Source: a virus (lineage: Duplodnaviria; Heunggongvirae; Uroviricota; Caudoviricetes). Taken from it: DNA of 64,000 bases. Under the pieces are notes generated by a model. The model made no database searches. It was given only the letters and a program-made list of their open reading frames with translations, and had not been told where the DNA came from. A program made the position numbers and the translations under genes. Positions 11,055 to 22,341 of the stretch are shown here, piece by piece. The stretch lies in IMG/VR virus record IMGVR_UViG_3300026980_000004; one strand, 5' to 3'. Positions within the stretch are counted from its first letter, which is position 1. Every line of letters starts with the position of its first letter.

Positions 11055-14000
11055 ATGGCTTTAAATAAACATATATTTTCGGTTAATGTCGATTTTTCTC
11101 AACGAGAACTATTAAATGCTGTATTACAGAATTTATTTCAAGCACCTTTAGTTCCAATAGAGGGACAAGTATATTATGATAGTTTTTATAATGTACCATA
11201 TTATTGGAATGATAATGAATGGATACCTTGGGAAAGACCAATACATAAAAAATATACTTCAGAGGCCGAAATGATAGCTGATCAACAATATCAGCTTAAA
11301 CAATTTATTTATTATGATGGATCGGTTTATTGGGAATATTTGGGTACAACAAACGGAGATATAACCGATTATAATATATTTAGTTCTCCACAATATGTAC
11401 ATCCAACATATACACCATATAACCTAACATTAACAGGTGCAACTGTAATTCAGGATATCGAGACTGATTCTATTGGTAGTGTTGTAAATTTAACAGTAAG
11501 AGAATTAAATTTATCCGATTTAGGATATTCTGGGTCAACAAATGCTGATTTTTATAGTAATTGGGTTTTAAATATTAATGACACTGAATTTTATGTTGTT
11601 GAATCTGAAAATATATTAAATATTAATGCTGGTGATAATGTAACTTTAGATACATCTGGAAATACATTAACAATATCATCACAAGATACGATATATATAC
11701 ATCCAAGCTATACAGATTTTGATATTACATTTACGGGATCAACTGTGATATCAAGAATTGTAACAGATAATATTGGTAGTGTTGTTAATATTGAAACAAG
11801 AACATTAACACCTGAAGATATTGGTGCAGAACCAGCTTTTTTGAAGGGTGATATAATAATACCACCAAATAGTGGATTATCCGTTACAGGTAATACAACA
11901 GAAAGATTAGTTGGTGATGGTGATATTATTTTTGAAAATGACGATAAGGGTTCTGATCAGAATATTTTTAAAGAAATAAGAGATATTAGCGGTACAACTG
12001 CAATATCCGCAACAACCAATAATGATTTTATTCAAATTGAGGGTAGAAACGGTACGGAGGTTACTTTTGAATCTGGTAATAAAGTTGTTATTGAATCTTC
12101 AGAACAAGATAATATTGTAAGAGTCTTAGAAATACCACAATCAGAAATTGATTTTGATCAACCAATTGCAACACAAATTGTAACTTATATAAATAATTTA
12201 CAAACACCCTATGAAATTACCGAAACTGATAGTAAATTAAATATTTTAATAAAAAAAACAAATTTTAATGTTGTTTGTGGAGCAACTACATTATTTAGCG
12301 GTGGACAATCGTATCCACAGACTGATACAGTATTCATGGGTGAAGATACTGGTGAGGTTACTTTAAATTATAATGCATATACGGTACCTGACAGATTTAT
12401 TGTTAAATATAATGATTTTATTTTAATCGATACTGGTTATAGAGGTAGTTCAGCATATGATTTTGGTGGTGCAAATAGACAAACATTTATAAACTCATTA
12501 AGTGGATTAACAGATCCTGTTTTAGGTACAACATACCCAGATTTGGTTAATTTTACAGATGATGGATATCCTAGAATATTGGGTAGTGGATTAGGAAGTT
12601 TATCATATACTAAATATAACACAGATCCACTTATTACCATTGAAGTATATGGTCCTATTAGTGGTACTGCTTGGGAATATAATATAACATGTCCAGATGG
12701 GGTTACACCAACACCAGATGAGTGTGATATTATATTTGAACTAATTAATAATGGAAAGGGATTATACGGATTAAATGAAAATACAATAACGGAATCTGAT
12801 TTATTATTAATATCAGATCGTTGTAATGTTTGTTGTGATGCATTTGTACAGGATAACTTTGTTAGAGTGTTAAACATACCATGCGATTCGATTAATTTTT
12901 CGTTTCCAGTTAAACCACAAATTGCTTCATATATAAATCAATTAGATCCACCACTAATAATAAATGATACCGATAGTAAATATAATGTTGTAATTGAATG
13001 TGATGAACCTGGTGTACCAGAAAGTTGTGATAACGGTGTTGATATATTATTTGTGTTGGATTATACAGATAGTATGGGTAATGTTATTGAAGAGATTAAA
13101 AATGATTTATTATCACCGAGTGGATTTACTAATTCGATAATAAATAATAGTGGTGGTGATTATAGGATTGGATGCGTATTGGTGGATGAATATACTAAAA
13201 CAATTGATGACGACAATCCAAATTATAGTGGTTCTACTTTTTATCAGGAGTTACTAAATGACGGTAAAGTGTATATTAATATTGGTGAAAATAATCGTAA
13301 ACAATTTATAACAAATATTGTTGATTTTTCCGATCAGAATGTAAATGAATTTATTACAAATATAAATAAAATATATATAACAGATGATCAAGATCCTGAT
13401 TATTTTCCATTGGGTGGTGGTGCGAGTGCACCTGAACCATATGATTTGGCAATAGATATATGCGTTAATGGTATTCCTTTTACTGGCACCACAAGAACCG
13501 ATTTTATAACGCCATTTAGAGAAAATGTAAGTAAACAAATTATAGTAATAACAGATAATCCACCATCAAGTAACCAAGATTTATATAATCAAATTACAAT
13601 TAATTTTATAAATACATCTTTAAGAGATACGATATCGAATAATAACATTAAATTAAGTATTTTAGCCGAAAGAAATATATTACCAACAACACCTGTTAAT
13701 AATAATTATGGTGTATATTTAGATGGTTTTGTATTTGATGGTTTAAATAGGAAATTTTTATTAAATAATCCATTATTTAGTAATGTTGTTATTTTAACAA
13801 TAAATGATGATATATTATCACCAACCAATTATATTATCGAATATGATAATAACACAATAACAATTAAAGATACAGTATCTTTAAATATTAATGATAATAT
13901 CAAAATAAAATATTATGCAAATATATTATTAAATATTGTAGAAGAAAGTACTGGAATATTTTCTAGAGATTATTCACCAAATGGTATTAAAAATTTAATT

Positions 14001-15281
14001 GATGATAGTTGTCAAGGTGAGACAACCGAAGTTATATATGAAATAACAGGATATGGTTTTGGTGATACAGAAATTGATTCATGTCTCGCATACGATGCAA
14101 ATTCAAAATTATATACTTTTTGTGAAACGATACAAGTTGGTTGTAATCTTTATTATGATGATTTTGGTAATTTACCTGTAATTGGTATAAATTATGTATC
14201 AATAGATAATACCGTATATGGGTTAGATCCAAATGGTAAAATAATTAGCGTCAGTTCTTTAAATTGTAATGATATAATCGAAACGACATTATTTATTTAT
14301 AGTGGATATGGAAATACATCTAACGAAGCTTGTGATGATGCCAATACGAATAATAGAACATTATATTCTGATTGTTCATTAATTACGACTGGTTGTACTA
14401 TATATATTGATACATATGGGTTAAATCCTTTAACTGGTTTTACTAACGTATTTATCGATGATCAAGTTTGGGATATTAATTCAACGACAGGTGTACTCGA
14501 ATCTGTATCTTCAACACAATGTAGTACACAACAAATAATTACGTTTAATAATACTGGTTATGGTAATACAGTTAGTGAGGCTTGTGATGATTCTAATTTG
14601 AATAATAGAACATTATATTCTGATTGTCCAGTTATTGTAAGTGGGTGTACAGTTTATATTGATGATTTAGGAAATACACCATTAACAGGTTTTACGAATG
14701 TATTTATCGATGATCAAGTTTGGGATATTAATTCAACAACTGGTGTTATTGATTCATTATCATCCATACAATGTCCAACACCTGTTTATTATAGCTTCAC
14801 TAATTCAGGTAGAGGCAATAGTGTTAATGATGCATGTAATGATGCAACATTCAATAATAGAACATTTTATTCAGATTGTCAGACATTAAGTGCTGGTTGC
14901 TTTATATATACAGACTCTAATGGTAGTAATCTGTTAACTGGTTATATTTATGTTGTCCTTAACGGTACTGTATGGAATATTAGTAATTCAACTGGTGAAT
15001 TAATATCAATATCAACTATTCAATGTCAATCATCGAGTGTTCAACAATTTGATAATTGTGGTTATGGTAATACATCGATTGAAGCATGTAACGATGCAAC
15101 ATCATTTAGTAGAACATTATATTCTGATTGTATTATTATAGATGTTGGATGTACCGTATTTACGGATATTAACGGTAGTATACCGTTAACTGGTTTTGAT
15201 TTTGTATTTATCGATAGTATTGTTTGGAATATTAATTCAACCAATGGTGAGATAACATCACAATCACCAACACAATGTTAA
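11055..15281 (+). CDS. Multidomain tail adhesin with vWA domain and five C-terminal Cys-rich repeats
   Basis: VDILFVLDYTDSMG (MIDAS-like DxTxS) near 13038, later IIVITDNPP; fibre modules shared with 15716..21496. Confidence 0.65.
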   Translation: MALNKHIFSVNVDFSQRELLNAVLQNLFQAPLVPIEGQVYYDSFYNVPYYWNDNEWIPWERPIHKKYTSEAEMIADQQYQLKQFIYYDGSVYWEYLGTTNGDITDYNIFSSPQYVHPTYTPYNLTLTGATVIQDIETDSIGSVVNLTVRELNLSDLGYSGSTNADFYSNWVLNINDTEFYVVESENILNINAGDNVTLDTSGNTLTISSQDTIYIHPSYTDFDITFTGSTVISRIVTDNIGSVVNIETRTLTPEDIGAEPAFLKGDIIIPPNSGLSVTGNTTERLVGDGDIIFENDDKGSDQNIFKEIRDISGTTAISATTNNDFIQIEGRNGTEVTFESGNKVVIESSEQDNIVRVLEIPQSEIDFDQPIATQIVTYINNLQTPYEITETDSKLNILIKKTNFNVVCGATTLFSGGQSYPQTDTVFMGEDTGEVTLNYNAYTVPDRFIVKYNDFILIDTGYRGSSAYDFGGANRQTFINSLSGLTDPVLGTTYPDLVNFTDDGYPRILGSGLGSLSYTKYNTDPLITIEVYGPISGTAWEYNITCPDGVTPTPDECDIIFELINNGKGLYGLNENTITESDLLLISDRCNVCCDAFVQDNFVRVLNIPCDSINFSFPVKPQIASYINQLDPPLIINDTDSKYNVVIECDEPGVPESCDNGVDILFVLDYTDSMGNVIEEIKNDLLSPSGFTNSIINNSGGDYRIGCVLVDEYTKTIDDDNPNYSGSTFYQELLNDGKVYINIGENNRKQFITNIVDFSDQNVNEFITNINKIYITDDQDPDYFPLGGGASAPEPYDLAIDICVNGIPFTGTTRTDFITPFRENVSKQIIVITDNPPSSNQDLYNQITINFINTSLRDTISNNNIKLSILAERNILPTTPVNNNYGVYLDGFVFDGLNRKFLLNNPLFSNVVILTINDDILSPTNYIIEYDNNTITIKDTVSLNINDNIKIKYYANILLNIVEESTGIFSRDYSPNGIKNLIDDSCQGETTEVIYEITGYGFGDTEIDSCLAYDANSKLYTFCETIQVGCNLYYDDFGNLPVIGINYVSIDNTVYGLDPNGKIISVSSLNCNDIIETTLFIYSGYGNTSNEACDDANTNNRTLYSDCSLITTGCTIYIDTYGLNPLTGFTNVFIDDQVWDINSTTGVLESVSSTQCSTQQIITFNNTGYGNTVSEACDDSNLNNRTLYSDCPVIVSGCTVYIDDLGNTPLTGFTNVFIDDQVWDINSTTGVIDSLSSIQCPTPVYYSFTNSGRGNSVNDACNDATFNNRTFYSDCQTLSAGCFIYTDSNGSNLLTGYIYVVLNGTVWNISNSTGELISISTIQCQSSSVQQFDNCGYGNTSIEACNDATSFSRTLYSDCIIIDVGCTVFTDINGSIPLTGFDFVFIDSIVWNINSTNGEITSQSPTQC
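14046..15278 (+). repeat. Five tandem ~84-aa Cys-rich coding repeats
   Basis: G[YR]GN motifs at 14301, 14553, 14805 and 15057 are spaced exactly 252 nt; a diverged first copy starts at 14046; conserved [ED]AC, SDC, GC and QC cysteines. Confidence 0.85.
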
Positions 15282-15285
15282 TATT

Positions 15286-15684
15286 ATGAAAAAGATTATA
15301 CATGAAATAATAGATTTAGGAAAAGGTATATACGGTGCTGGTTATAGTCAAATCACTAATGACAATCTTTTAAAGATATATGATGATAATGTAACCAACA
15401 ATGGCGGTGGTACAATAATTGATGATTCTATTGACGGTCATGTTATTATTGATTCTGCAAATAATCAAATGTTTCAACAACCCAAGTTAAAGTTTGACAG
15501 AATGGTTGTAACAAATGATAATGTGAATCAACGAACAATTGTTTCAAGACCAGCACCAATAACAATTTCAACATCAGCACCCACAAATCCATTAGTTGGT
15601 GATAAATGGGTAAATAATACAACGTGGAAAAAATATATATATTATGATAATTTTTGGGTTGAAGAAACTACAAATCTTATTTGA
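15286..15684 (+). CDS. Small fibre-associated protein
   Basis: EIIDLGKGIYG matches internal ELINNGKGLYG of the upstream adhesin; C-terminal APTNPLVGDKWVN fibre-like motif. Confidence 0.55.
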   Translation: MKKIIHEIIDLGKGIYGAGYSQITNDNLLKIYDDNVTNNGGGTIIDDSIDGHVIIDSANNQMFQQPKLKFDRMVVTNDNVNQRTIVSRPAPITISTSAPTNPLVGDKWVNNTTWKKYIYYDNFWVEETTNLI

Positions 15685-15715
15685 ATAATTGTATTTATAT
15701 ATATAAATTCATAAT

Positions 15716-18700
15716 ATGAGTATTTTTACATTTCCACAGTCACCTACTGTGGGTGAAATTCATACACAAAATAATATATCTTGGATATGGACTGGTAGTA
15801 CTTGGGATCATTATACTGAATACCCAACAAAACCAATACATTTATTATATAACACACTAAATGATTTATATAATGGTCAACAAGACCAGTATGAAAATTT
15901 TATATATTATGTTGCGGAAAATGACACATATTATGAATATTTAGGTACTACAAATGGTGATTTAAGTGATTATAATCCAATTAATGAATATATACATCCA
16001 GCTTATACTCCAATAAATGAAACACTTTCTGGAGCAACTGTATTAGCAAATTTTACTACTGACTCAATTGGTTCAGTAACAGGATTTACGACTAGAACAC
16101 TTACTGCTTTAGATTTAGGTGTTAATGTATCATTATATGTTCCATATACGGGTGCGACTAATAATGTTGATTTAGGTATATATGGTTTAACAACTGAATA
16201 TATTAAATTTAATACGAATCCAACATTGGGTGATGTTGATCCAGGTGAATTAATTTGGAGTTCAGATGATGAAACATTATTTTTAGGATTAGATACCAAT
16301 GTTACACATAAGATAGGACAGGAAACATTTTTTTATGTCAAAAACCAAACAGGTAGTACAATACCAAAGGGTACTGTTGTTAGAGCTGATGGTACATTAG
16401 GTAGTAGTGGTAGAATATTAATAGCACCATTTATTGCAGATGGATCATTTCCATCAAAATTTTTAATTGGAGTTACAGCGGAATCAATTCCGAACGGTTC
16501 AGATGGATTTGTAACTTCATTTGGTAAAATAAGAAAAATCGATACATCACTATATCCAGAGGGTACAATTTTATATGCATCACCATTAACTTCAGGTGGT
16601 TTTACCGATATTGTACCAGTTGCACCAAATAATATTATTACAGTTGCAATTGTTATTACATCTGATAATATTAATGGTGAGATCTTTGTAAGACCAACAT
16701 TTGGTTCAAATATAAATGATGATGAGGGTGTTAGTATTGTAACACCAATGTCTAACCATTTGTTGGTATATGATACGAATACGGAATTATGGGTTAATAG
16801 ATCATTAACTGATATTAATGGTGTTTTAAATACAACAACTTTAACTTTTATAACAAATAATGGTATAACTGGTGGTGCGACACAAACACTTGAAAATAAT
16901 AGAACATGGACATTTGGTTTAACAGGACAAGCATTAGCACTACATAATTTAGGAACAAATGGTTTTATTGTTAGAACTGGTACAGATAGTGTAACTTCTA
17001 GAACATTGATTGCAGGGGCTGGTATATTAATAACTAATGGGGATGGTGTTGATAATAATCCTATTATAACATCTACAATTACACAATATACCGATGCATT
17101 AGCAAGAACATCCATATCATTAACTACAAACGGTAATTCTGGTGTATCAACATATAATAATATAACAGGTGTATTTAACATACCTAATTATACACTCGAA
17201 GGGTTAGGTGGAGAACCAGTATTCAATAAAGGAACTATTATTCAAGGTAATGGTATATCTTTAAGTGGTACATTAACAAATAGATTAGTTGAAAGTGGCG
17301 ATCTTACTATAACACATGCTGATACTAGTACACAAACAAGTGTAACAAATACTGATGGTACTGTAATACAAAGTATTCAATTAGATGAATTTGGTCATAT
17401 TACTTTACTAAATACCCTAAATCTAGATAATAGATATTATACACAATCAATAATTGATTCAACTTTATTAAATTATCAATCATTATCTGAAAAGGGACAA
17501 CCAGATGGATACACACCATTAGATTCAAATGGGAAAATACCTTTAATTCATATATCTGATAGTATATTAGGTCAAGTAAAATATATTAGTACATGGAATG
17601 CTACAACAAATACACCAACATTATCTTTAACACCAGATTCAACAACAAAAGGTGATTATTATGTTGTATCAACTCCAGGAACATTTGCTGGTATTGATTT
17701 TGAAATCGGTGATTGGATTATAAGTAATGGAACTTCATGGGAAAAAGTTGATAATAGTGATGCGGTAACAACAGTTTTTGGTAGAATAGGTAATATATTA
17801 GCTATTGCAACTGATTACCAAAATTTCTATGTAAGACATGATATTAATTCACAAGGTTTAACAACCACACAACAAGGTAATGCCAGAACAAACATAAATG
17901 CTCAAATCACAATAAGTGGTGGAGCATCAACAATAACAACAACTAATTTAACAGCTAATAGTGTATTGGTATCAAATAGTTCTGGTAAAGTAGCCGTATC
18001 TAATATTACAACAACAGAATTAAATTATTTAGATGGCGTAACATCAAATATACAAAATCAATTAGACTCAAAATTAGAGGGGAATGAACCAATTACATTA
18101 TCTGGTGATGTAACTGGTACTGGTACCACAACAATCCCAACAACCATATCAAATAATGTTGTTACCGATAACAAGTTAAGACAATCTGTTGCATATTCTG
18201 TAATTGGTAGATCAAATAGTACAACTGGTAATGTTAGTGATATTATTGCTGGTGCTAACGGTGTTTTAAGAAGATCAGGTACTGGTGATTTGATATTTAG
18301 TACATTGGTCACAGGAAATATAGGAGATTCACAAATTACCTATGCAAAAATACAGAATGTAACAGCAGATAGAATATTAGGTAGAATCACAACAAACGGT
18401 GTTGTACAGGAATTAACACCATCACAAGTTAGAAATTTAATAAATGTTGAAGAGGGTGCTAATTTATATATACACCCTACTTATACAACAATTAATCAAA
18501 CATTTACGGGAGCCACCGTATTAGCAAGTATAACCACAGATGCAATTGGTTCTGTAACTGGTTTAACTACAAGAAGTTTAACACCTGCTGATATTTCTGC
18601 AGTACCAACATCCAGAACATTAACATTTACAACAAATAATGGTATAACTGGTGGTTCATCACAATCATTAGCTTCAAATAGAACATGGACATTTGGTTTA

Positions 18701-21496
18701 ACAGGACAAGCATTAGCACTACATAATTTAGGAACAAATGGTTTTATTGTTAGAACTGGTACAGATAGTGTTACCTCTAGAATACTAGTTGCTGGAGATA
18801 ATATTGAAATTACAAATCCAGATGGTGTGGGAGGTAATCCTACAATATCCTTAGCTGCATCAACATATTCATTTGATGAAGAAGTATTTAATTATACTGG
18901 TTCTACAAATTTCACGTTATCAGTCACAACACCATATGCTGTAGAGGTATATCTTAATGGTCAAAGATTAATAAAAACTCTTGATTGGACTATTGCGGGT
19001 AATGTTGTTACAGTTACAGATCCTCTTGATACTGATGATGAAATCACAATAACATATTTTTATAATACACCTGATATTGTACTACCAGGATTAACGGGTT
19101 CTGGTACAACAAATTTTATTACTAAATGGGGTAGCTCATCTAGTTTAACATCATCTTCTATACAAGATGATGGAAATACTGTCACAATTGGTGGTAGTGA
19201 AATATTAATACCAAATATTGGTACTGTAACTTCAGGTACTACATTCTTTACGAATACATCTACAGGAATTAAATTAATTACGGCAACTAATTTACTCACA
19301 AGTATTGGTGCACAACCTGCTGGTGATTACGCATTGGTATCACAACTTCATGATCCAGTAATATTAGGAACTGCAAACGGCCTATCACTTTCAGGTCAGC
19401 AATTGTCTTTAGGTCTTGCAAGTAGTGGCGTTACAGGTGCATTAAGCGGTACTGATTGGGATACGTTTGATAGTAAGATTGGGGGGAGTGGAACAACCAA
19501 CTATATTCCTAAATTCACAGGAGCAGGTACGATTGGGGATAGTTTGATATTTGATAATGGTTCAAATGTGCTTATAGGAACTACTACTGACGCAGGACAA
19601 AAACTTCAAGTAGCAGGTAACATCCTAGTGAACACCAATGGTCAAGGTGGATTAATATCAACATATTATGGAGCTAATTCTGATGGTAATAACATCTTCA
19701 TTGGTGGTGGAGGATTAAGTAGTGTAGGTGTTATAGGTGCAACTAATAGAGGTTCAGGTAACACAGCTGTAGGGGTTGAAGCTTTACAAAGTAACACTAC
19801 TGGTTATAGAAACACAGCTAATGGATATTTAGCACTCTACTTTAACACTAGTGGAAATAACAACATAGCTAATGGATACGCAGCACTATATAATAACACT
19901 ACTGGATATTATAACATAGCTAATGGAGTTGGAGTACTATTAAATAACACTACTGGATATGGAAATACAGCTAATGGGTACTTAGCACTATTTAATAACA
20001 CTACTGGCTATAACAACACAGCTAATGGATTAGATTCAGGAAGATACATCAACTCAGGGGCAGCAAATCAAACATCAAACAACTCTTTATATCTAGGATA
20101 TGACACAAGAGCATCTGCATCTGGCAACACAAATGAAATTGTAATAGGAGCTAGTGCAAGAGGTGTGGGTAGTAACAGTGTTATATTAGGTAATTCAAGT
20201 ATTACTAAAACTGTATTACAAGGAAATGTTTTAATAAATACAACAACTATACCATCGATAATATCAACTGGTAAGGTATTTAATATGGATGCTGGTGGTA
20301 ATGGGGATGCATATGCTATTTTTAGTAAAGATGGTTCCACAGGAGGTTGGTTATCCTTTTTTGCTGGTACTCAAGATACTGTAATGTTTTACAAATCTGC
20401 TGGTAATTTTAGATTAGGATCTTCTACAGCATCTGGGGGTTCTGGTTACTCGGAACACTTTAGAATAACAGGTTCTGGTAATGTAGGTATTGGTACAACT
20501 AATCCATCAAGTAAATTAGATGTTGTTGGTAATGTTGAATTAAATGGTAATGTATCAATTGGTAATTCACTTAGTAATATCCATAAGATTGATGGTGAAA
20601 TATTAGTTAATGTAGATACAAAGCTAGGTACAGTTGTTCCTGGTAAAGTATTTAACATGGATGGTGGAGGTGATAGTTCATTTGCAATTTATAGTCAAAA
20701 TGGTTCTACAGGTGGTTGGTTATCCTTTTTCGCTGGTACCAGTGAAACTGTAATGTTCTTTAAAAAGACAACAGGTACATTTAGATTTGGTGCATCAGAT
20801 CAAGCAGGTGGTGCTAATTTTAGTGAATTTTATAGGGTTACTGGTGGTGGTAATTTTATTATTGGCACAACGACAGATAATGGTGAGAAATTACAAGTTA
20901 ATGGTAATGTCACTGCCACAAATTTTATTGGTTCATTAATTGGTAATGCATCAAGTGCAACAATTTTACAAACATCAAGAACAATAAACGGTACATCATT
21001 TAATGGTTCGGCAAATATCACAACCGCTAATTGGGGAACTGCGAGAAATATTACAATCGGTGTTACAAGTAAATCCTTAAACGGTAGTACGGATGTATCT
21101 TGGGATTTAACAGATATTGGTGCATTATCTACCTCTGGGGGTAGTATAACTGGTAATTTATCTATAGGCGGACAAATATATTCACCTACAAATGCTAAGG
21201 GTAATTCTGGTACTGGAACGGTAACATTTAATTGGAATGATGGGAATATTCAAACAGTTACACTAACAGGAAATTGTACTTTTGCATTTTCTAATCCACA
21301 ATCTGGTGCCACATATCAAATAATAATAACTCAAGATGCTACAGGTAGTAGAACAATTACATGGCCTACAATACATTGGGAGGGGAAGACAACACCAACT
21401 CTTACAGGGACAGCTTCTTCAGTTGATGTTGTTACACTAACTTATGATGGGTCTAAATATATAGGAGTGATGGCTAAAAACTTTGGAACACCTTAA
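15716..21496 (+). CDS. Long tail fibre (1926 aa, mosaic of repeated modules)
   Basis: G/T/S/N-rich; repeated YIHP.YT, LTGQALALHNL and GGWLSFFAGT modules; 17-aa beta-roll repeats; followed by LamG protein and fibre chaperone. Confidence 0.8.
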   Translation: MSIFTFPQSPTVGEIHTQNNISWIWTGSTWDHYTEYPTKPIHLLYNTLNDLYNGQQDQYENFIYYVAENDTYYEYLGTTNGDLSDYNPINEYIHPAYTPINETLSGATVLANFTTDSIGSVTGFTTRTLTALDLGVNVSLYVPYTGATNNVDLGIYGLTTEYIKFNTNPTLGDVDPGELIWSSDDETLFLGLDTNVTHKIGQETFFYVKNQTGSTIPKGTVVRADGTLGSSGRILIAPFIADGSFPSKFLIGVTAESIPNGSDGFVTSFGKIRKIDTSLYPEGTILYASPLTSGGFTDIVPVAPNNIITVAIVITSDNINGEIFVRPTFGSNINDDEGVSIVTPMSNHLLVYDTNTELWVNRSLTDINGVLNTTTLTFITNNGITGGATQTLENNRTWTFGLTGQALALHNLGTNGFIVRTGTDSVTSRTLIAGAGILITNGDGVDNNPIITSTITQYTDALARTSISLTTNGNSGVSTYNNITGVFNIPNYTLEGLGGEPVFNKGTIIQGNGISLSGTLTNRLVESGDLTITHADTSTQTSVTNTDGTVIQSIQLDEFGHITLLNTLNLDNRYYTQSIIDSTLLNYQSLSEKGQPDGYTPLDSNGKIPLIHISDSILGQVKYISTWNATTNTPTLSLTPDSTTKGDYYVVSTPGTFAGIDFEIGDWIISNGTSWEKVDNSDAVTTVFGRIGNILAIATDYQNFYVRHDINSQGLTTTQQGNARTNINAQITISGGASTITTTNLTANSVLVSNSSGKVAVSNITTTELNYLDGVTSNIQNQLDSKLEGNEPITLSGDVTGTGTTTIPTTISNNVVTDNKLRQSVAYSVIGRSNSTTGNVSDIIAGANGVLRRSGTGDLIFSTLVTGNIGDSQITYAKIQNVTADRILGRITTNGVVQELTPSQVRNLINVEEGANLYIHPTYTTINQTFTGATVLASITTDAIGSVTGLTTRSLTPADISAVPTSRTLTFTTNNGITGGSSQSLASNRTWTFGLTGQALALHNLGTNGFIVRTGTDSVTSRILVAGDNIEITNPDGVGGNPTISLAASTYSFDEEVFNYTGSTNFTLSVTTPYAVEVYLNGQRLIKTLDWTIAGNVVTVTDPLDTDDEITITYFYNTPDIVLPGLTGSGTTNFITKWGSSSSLTSSSIQDDGNTVTIGGSEILIPNIGTVTSGTTFFTNTSTGIKLITATNLLTSIGAQPAGDYALVSQLHDPVILGTANGLSLSGQQLSLGLASSGVTGALSGTDWDTFDSKIGGSGTTNYIPKFTGAGTIGDSLIFDNGSNVLIGTTTDAGQKLQVAGNILVNTNGQGGLISTYYGANSDGNNIFIGGGGLSSVGVIGATNRGSGNTAVGVEALQSNTTGYRNTANGYLALYFNTSGNNNIANGYAALYNNTTGYYNIANGVGVLLNNTTGYGNTANGYLALFNNTTGYNNTANGLDSGRYINSGAANQTSNNSLYLGYDTRASASGNTNEIVIGASARGVGSNSVILGNSSITKTVLQGNVLINTTTIPSIISTGKVFNMDAGGNGDAYAIFSKDGSTGGWLSFFAGTQDTVMFYKSAGNFRLGSSTASGGSGYSEHFRITGSGNVGIGTTNPSSKLDVVGNVELNGNVSIGNSLSNIHKIDGEILVNVDTKLGTVVPGKVFNMDGGGDSSFAIYSQNGSTGGWLSFFAGTSETVMFFKKTTGTFRFGASDQAGGANFSEFYRVTGGGNFIIGTTTDNGEKLQVNGNVTATNFIGSLIGNASSATILQTSRTINGTSFNGSANITTANWGTARNITIGVTSKSLNGSTDVSWDLTDIGALSTSGGSITGNLSIGGQIYSPTNAKGNSGTGTVTFNWNDGNIQTVTLTGNCTFAFSNPQSGATYQIIITQDATGSRTITWPTIHWEGKTTPTLTGTASSVDVVTLTYDGSKYIGVMAKNFGTP
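16898..18771 (+). repeat. Perfect 95-bp direct repeat inside the long fibre gene (16898-16992 and 18677-18771)
   Basis: AATAGAACATGGACATTTGG...ACAGATAGTGT is identical in both copies, 1779 bp apart. Confidence 0.85.
19760..20029 (+). repeat. 51-bp (17-aa) tandem repeats N[TI]A[NV]G..AL..NT[TS]G, beta-roll/autotransporter-head-like
   Basis: Five full copies plus a partial, read directly from the sequence. Confidence 0.8.
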
Positions 21497-21510
21497 AAAT
21501 ATATAAAAAT

Positions 21511-22341
21511 ATGAGTTTAATACCATTTGGGTTTTGGGGAACTAGAAATTATTCAAGGGAAGGGTTAAAATTGTATTATGATTTTGCATCTTCTTCATCC
21601 TACCCAGGAACTGGATCAACAGTATATAATCTAGCTAAAAATGATTTTAACGGAACGATCAACGGAGCAACTTATGATGGTTCAGATTCAGGGGGTTGCT
21701 TTGATTTTGATGGTGTTGATGATAGAATAGAACCATCCCCAGTTTCATTTTTCAATAATGAGATTTGGGGTCCTAATCAAACATGGGAATTTTGGTTTAA
21801 AACAACAAAGACTACGGAACAAATGAGATTAATTGGTCTATTTGATACATTAGCAACCCCTGTAAATTTTACAGGGCATATTCAGGTAACATTGAATCAA
21901 GGAATAAATAGTTACCAAAACGGGGCGGTTTATGTTCACGTGAGGGATAACATTGGTACAACTACTTGGAGGGAAAGGAGAGCCTCTTCAGGTTCAAATG
22001 TTGGTGTAATTGATGGAAATTGGCATCAAATTATTGGAACTTGGGAAAATACCGATACTTACGTTTCAAACGCTAATTATACAACGCAATTTAGAATTTA
22101 TATTGACGGGGTTGAACTTTCTTCTTACCAACTATCGGGGGAGAGTGCAATAAACAATAATGCAATTCAATACAGTGACGTTGATTTTGTTCCTTGGATT
22201 GGTGCTGCAAATTCAAGAGGATCTTTAGCATTATATCCCTTTGATGGTAAGATTGGTGTTGTACGAGGATATAATCGTTCGTTATCGGATACTGAAATAT
22301 TATTAAATTTTAATCAATATAAAGATAGATACGGCTTATGA
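21511..22341 (+). CDS. LamG/concanavalin-A-like lectin domain protein
   Basis: LYYDFASSSSYPGTGSTVYNL, FDGVDD, WHQIIGTW, YIDGV, FDGKIGVVRGYNRSLSDTEI. Confidence 0.8.
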   Translation: MSLIPFGFWGTRNYSREGLKLYYDFASSSSYPGTGSTVYNLAKNDFNGTINGATYDGSDSGGCFDFDGVDDRIEPSPVSFFNNEIWGPNQTWEFWFKTTKTTEQMRLIGLFDTLATPVNFTGHIQVTLNQGINSYQNGAVYVHVRDNIGTTTWRERRASSGSNVGVIDGNWHQIIGTWENTDTYVSNANYTTQFRIYIDGVELSSYQLSGESAINNNAIQYSDVDFVPWIGAANSRGSLALYPFDGKIGVVRGYNRSLSDTEILLNFNQYKDRYGL

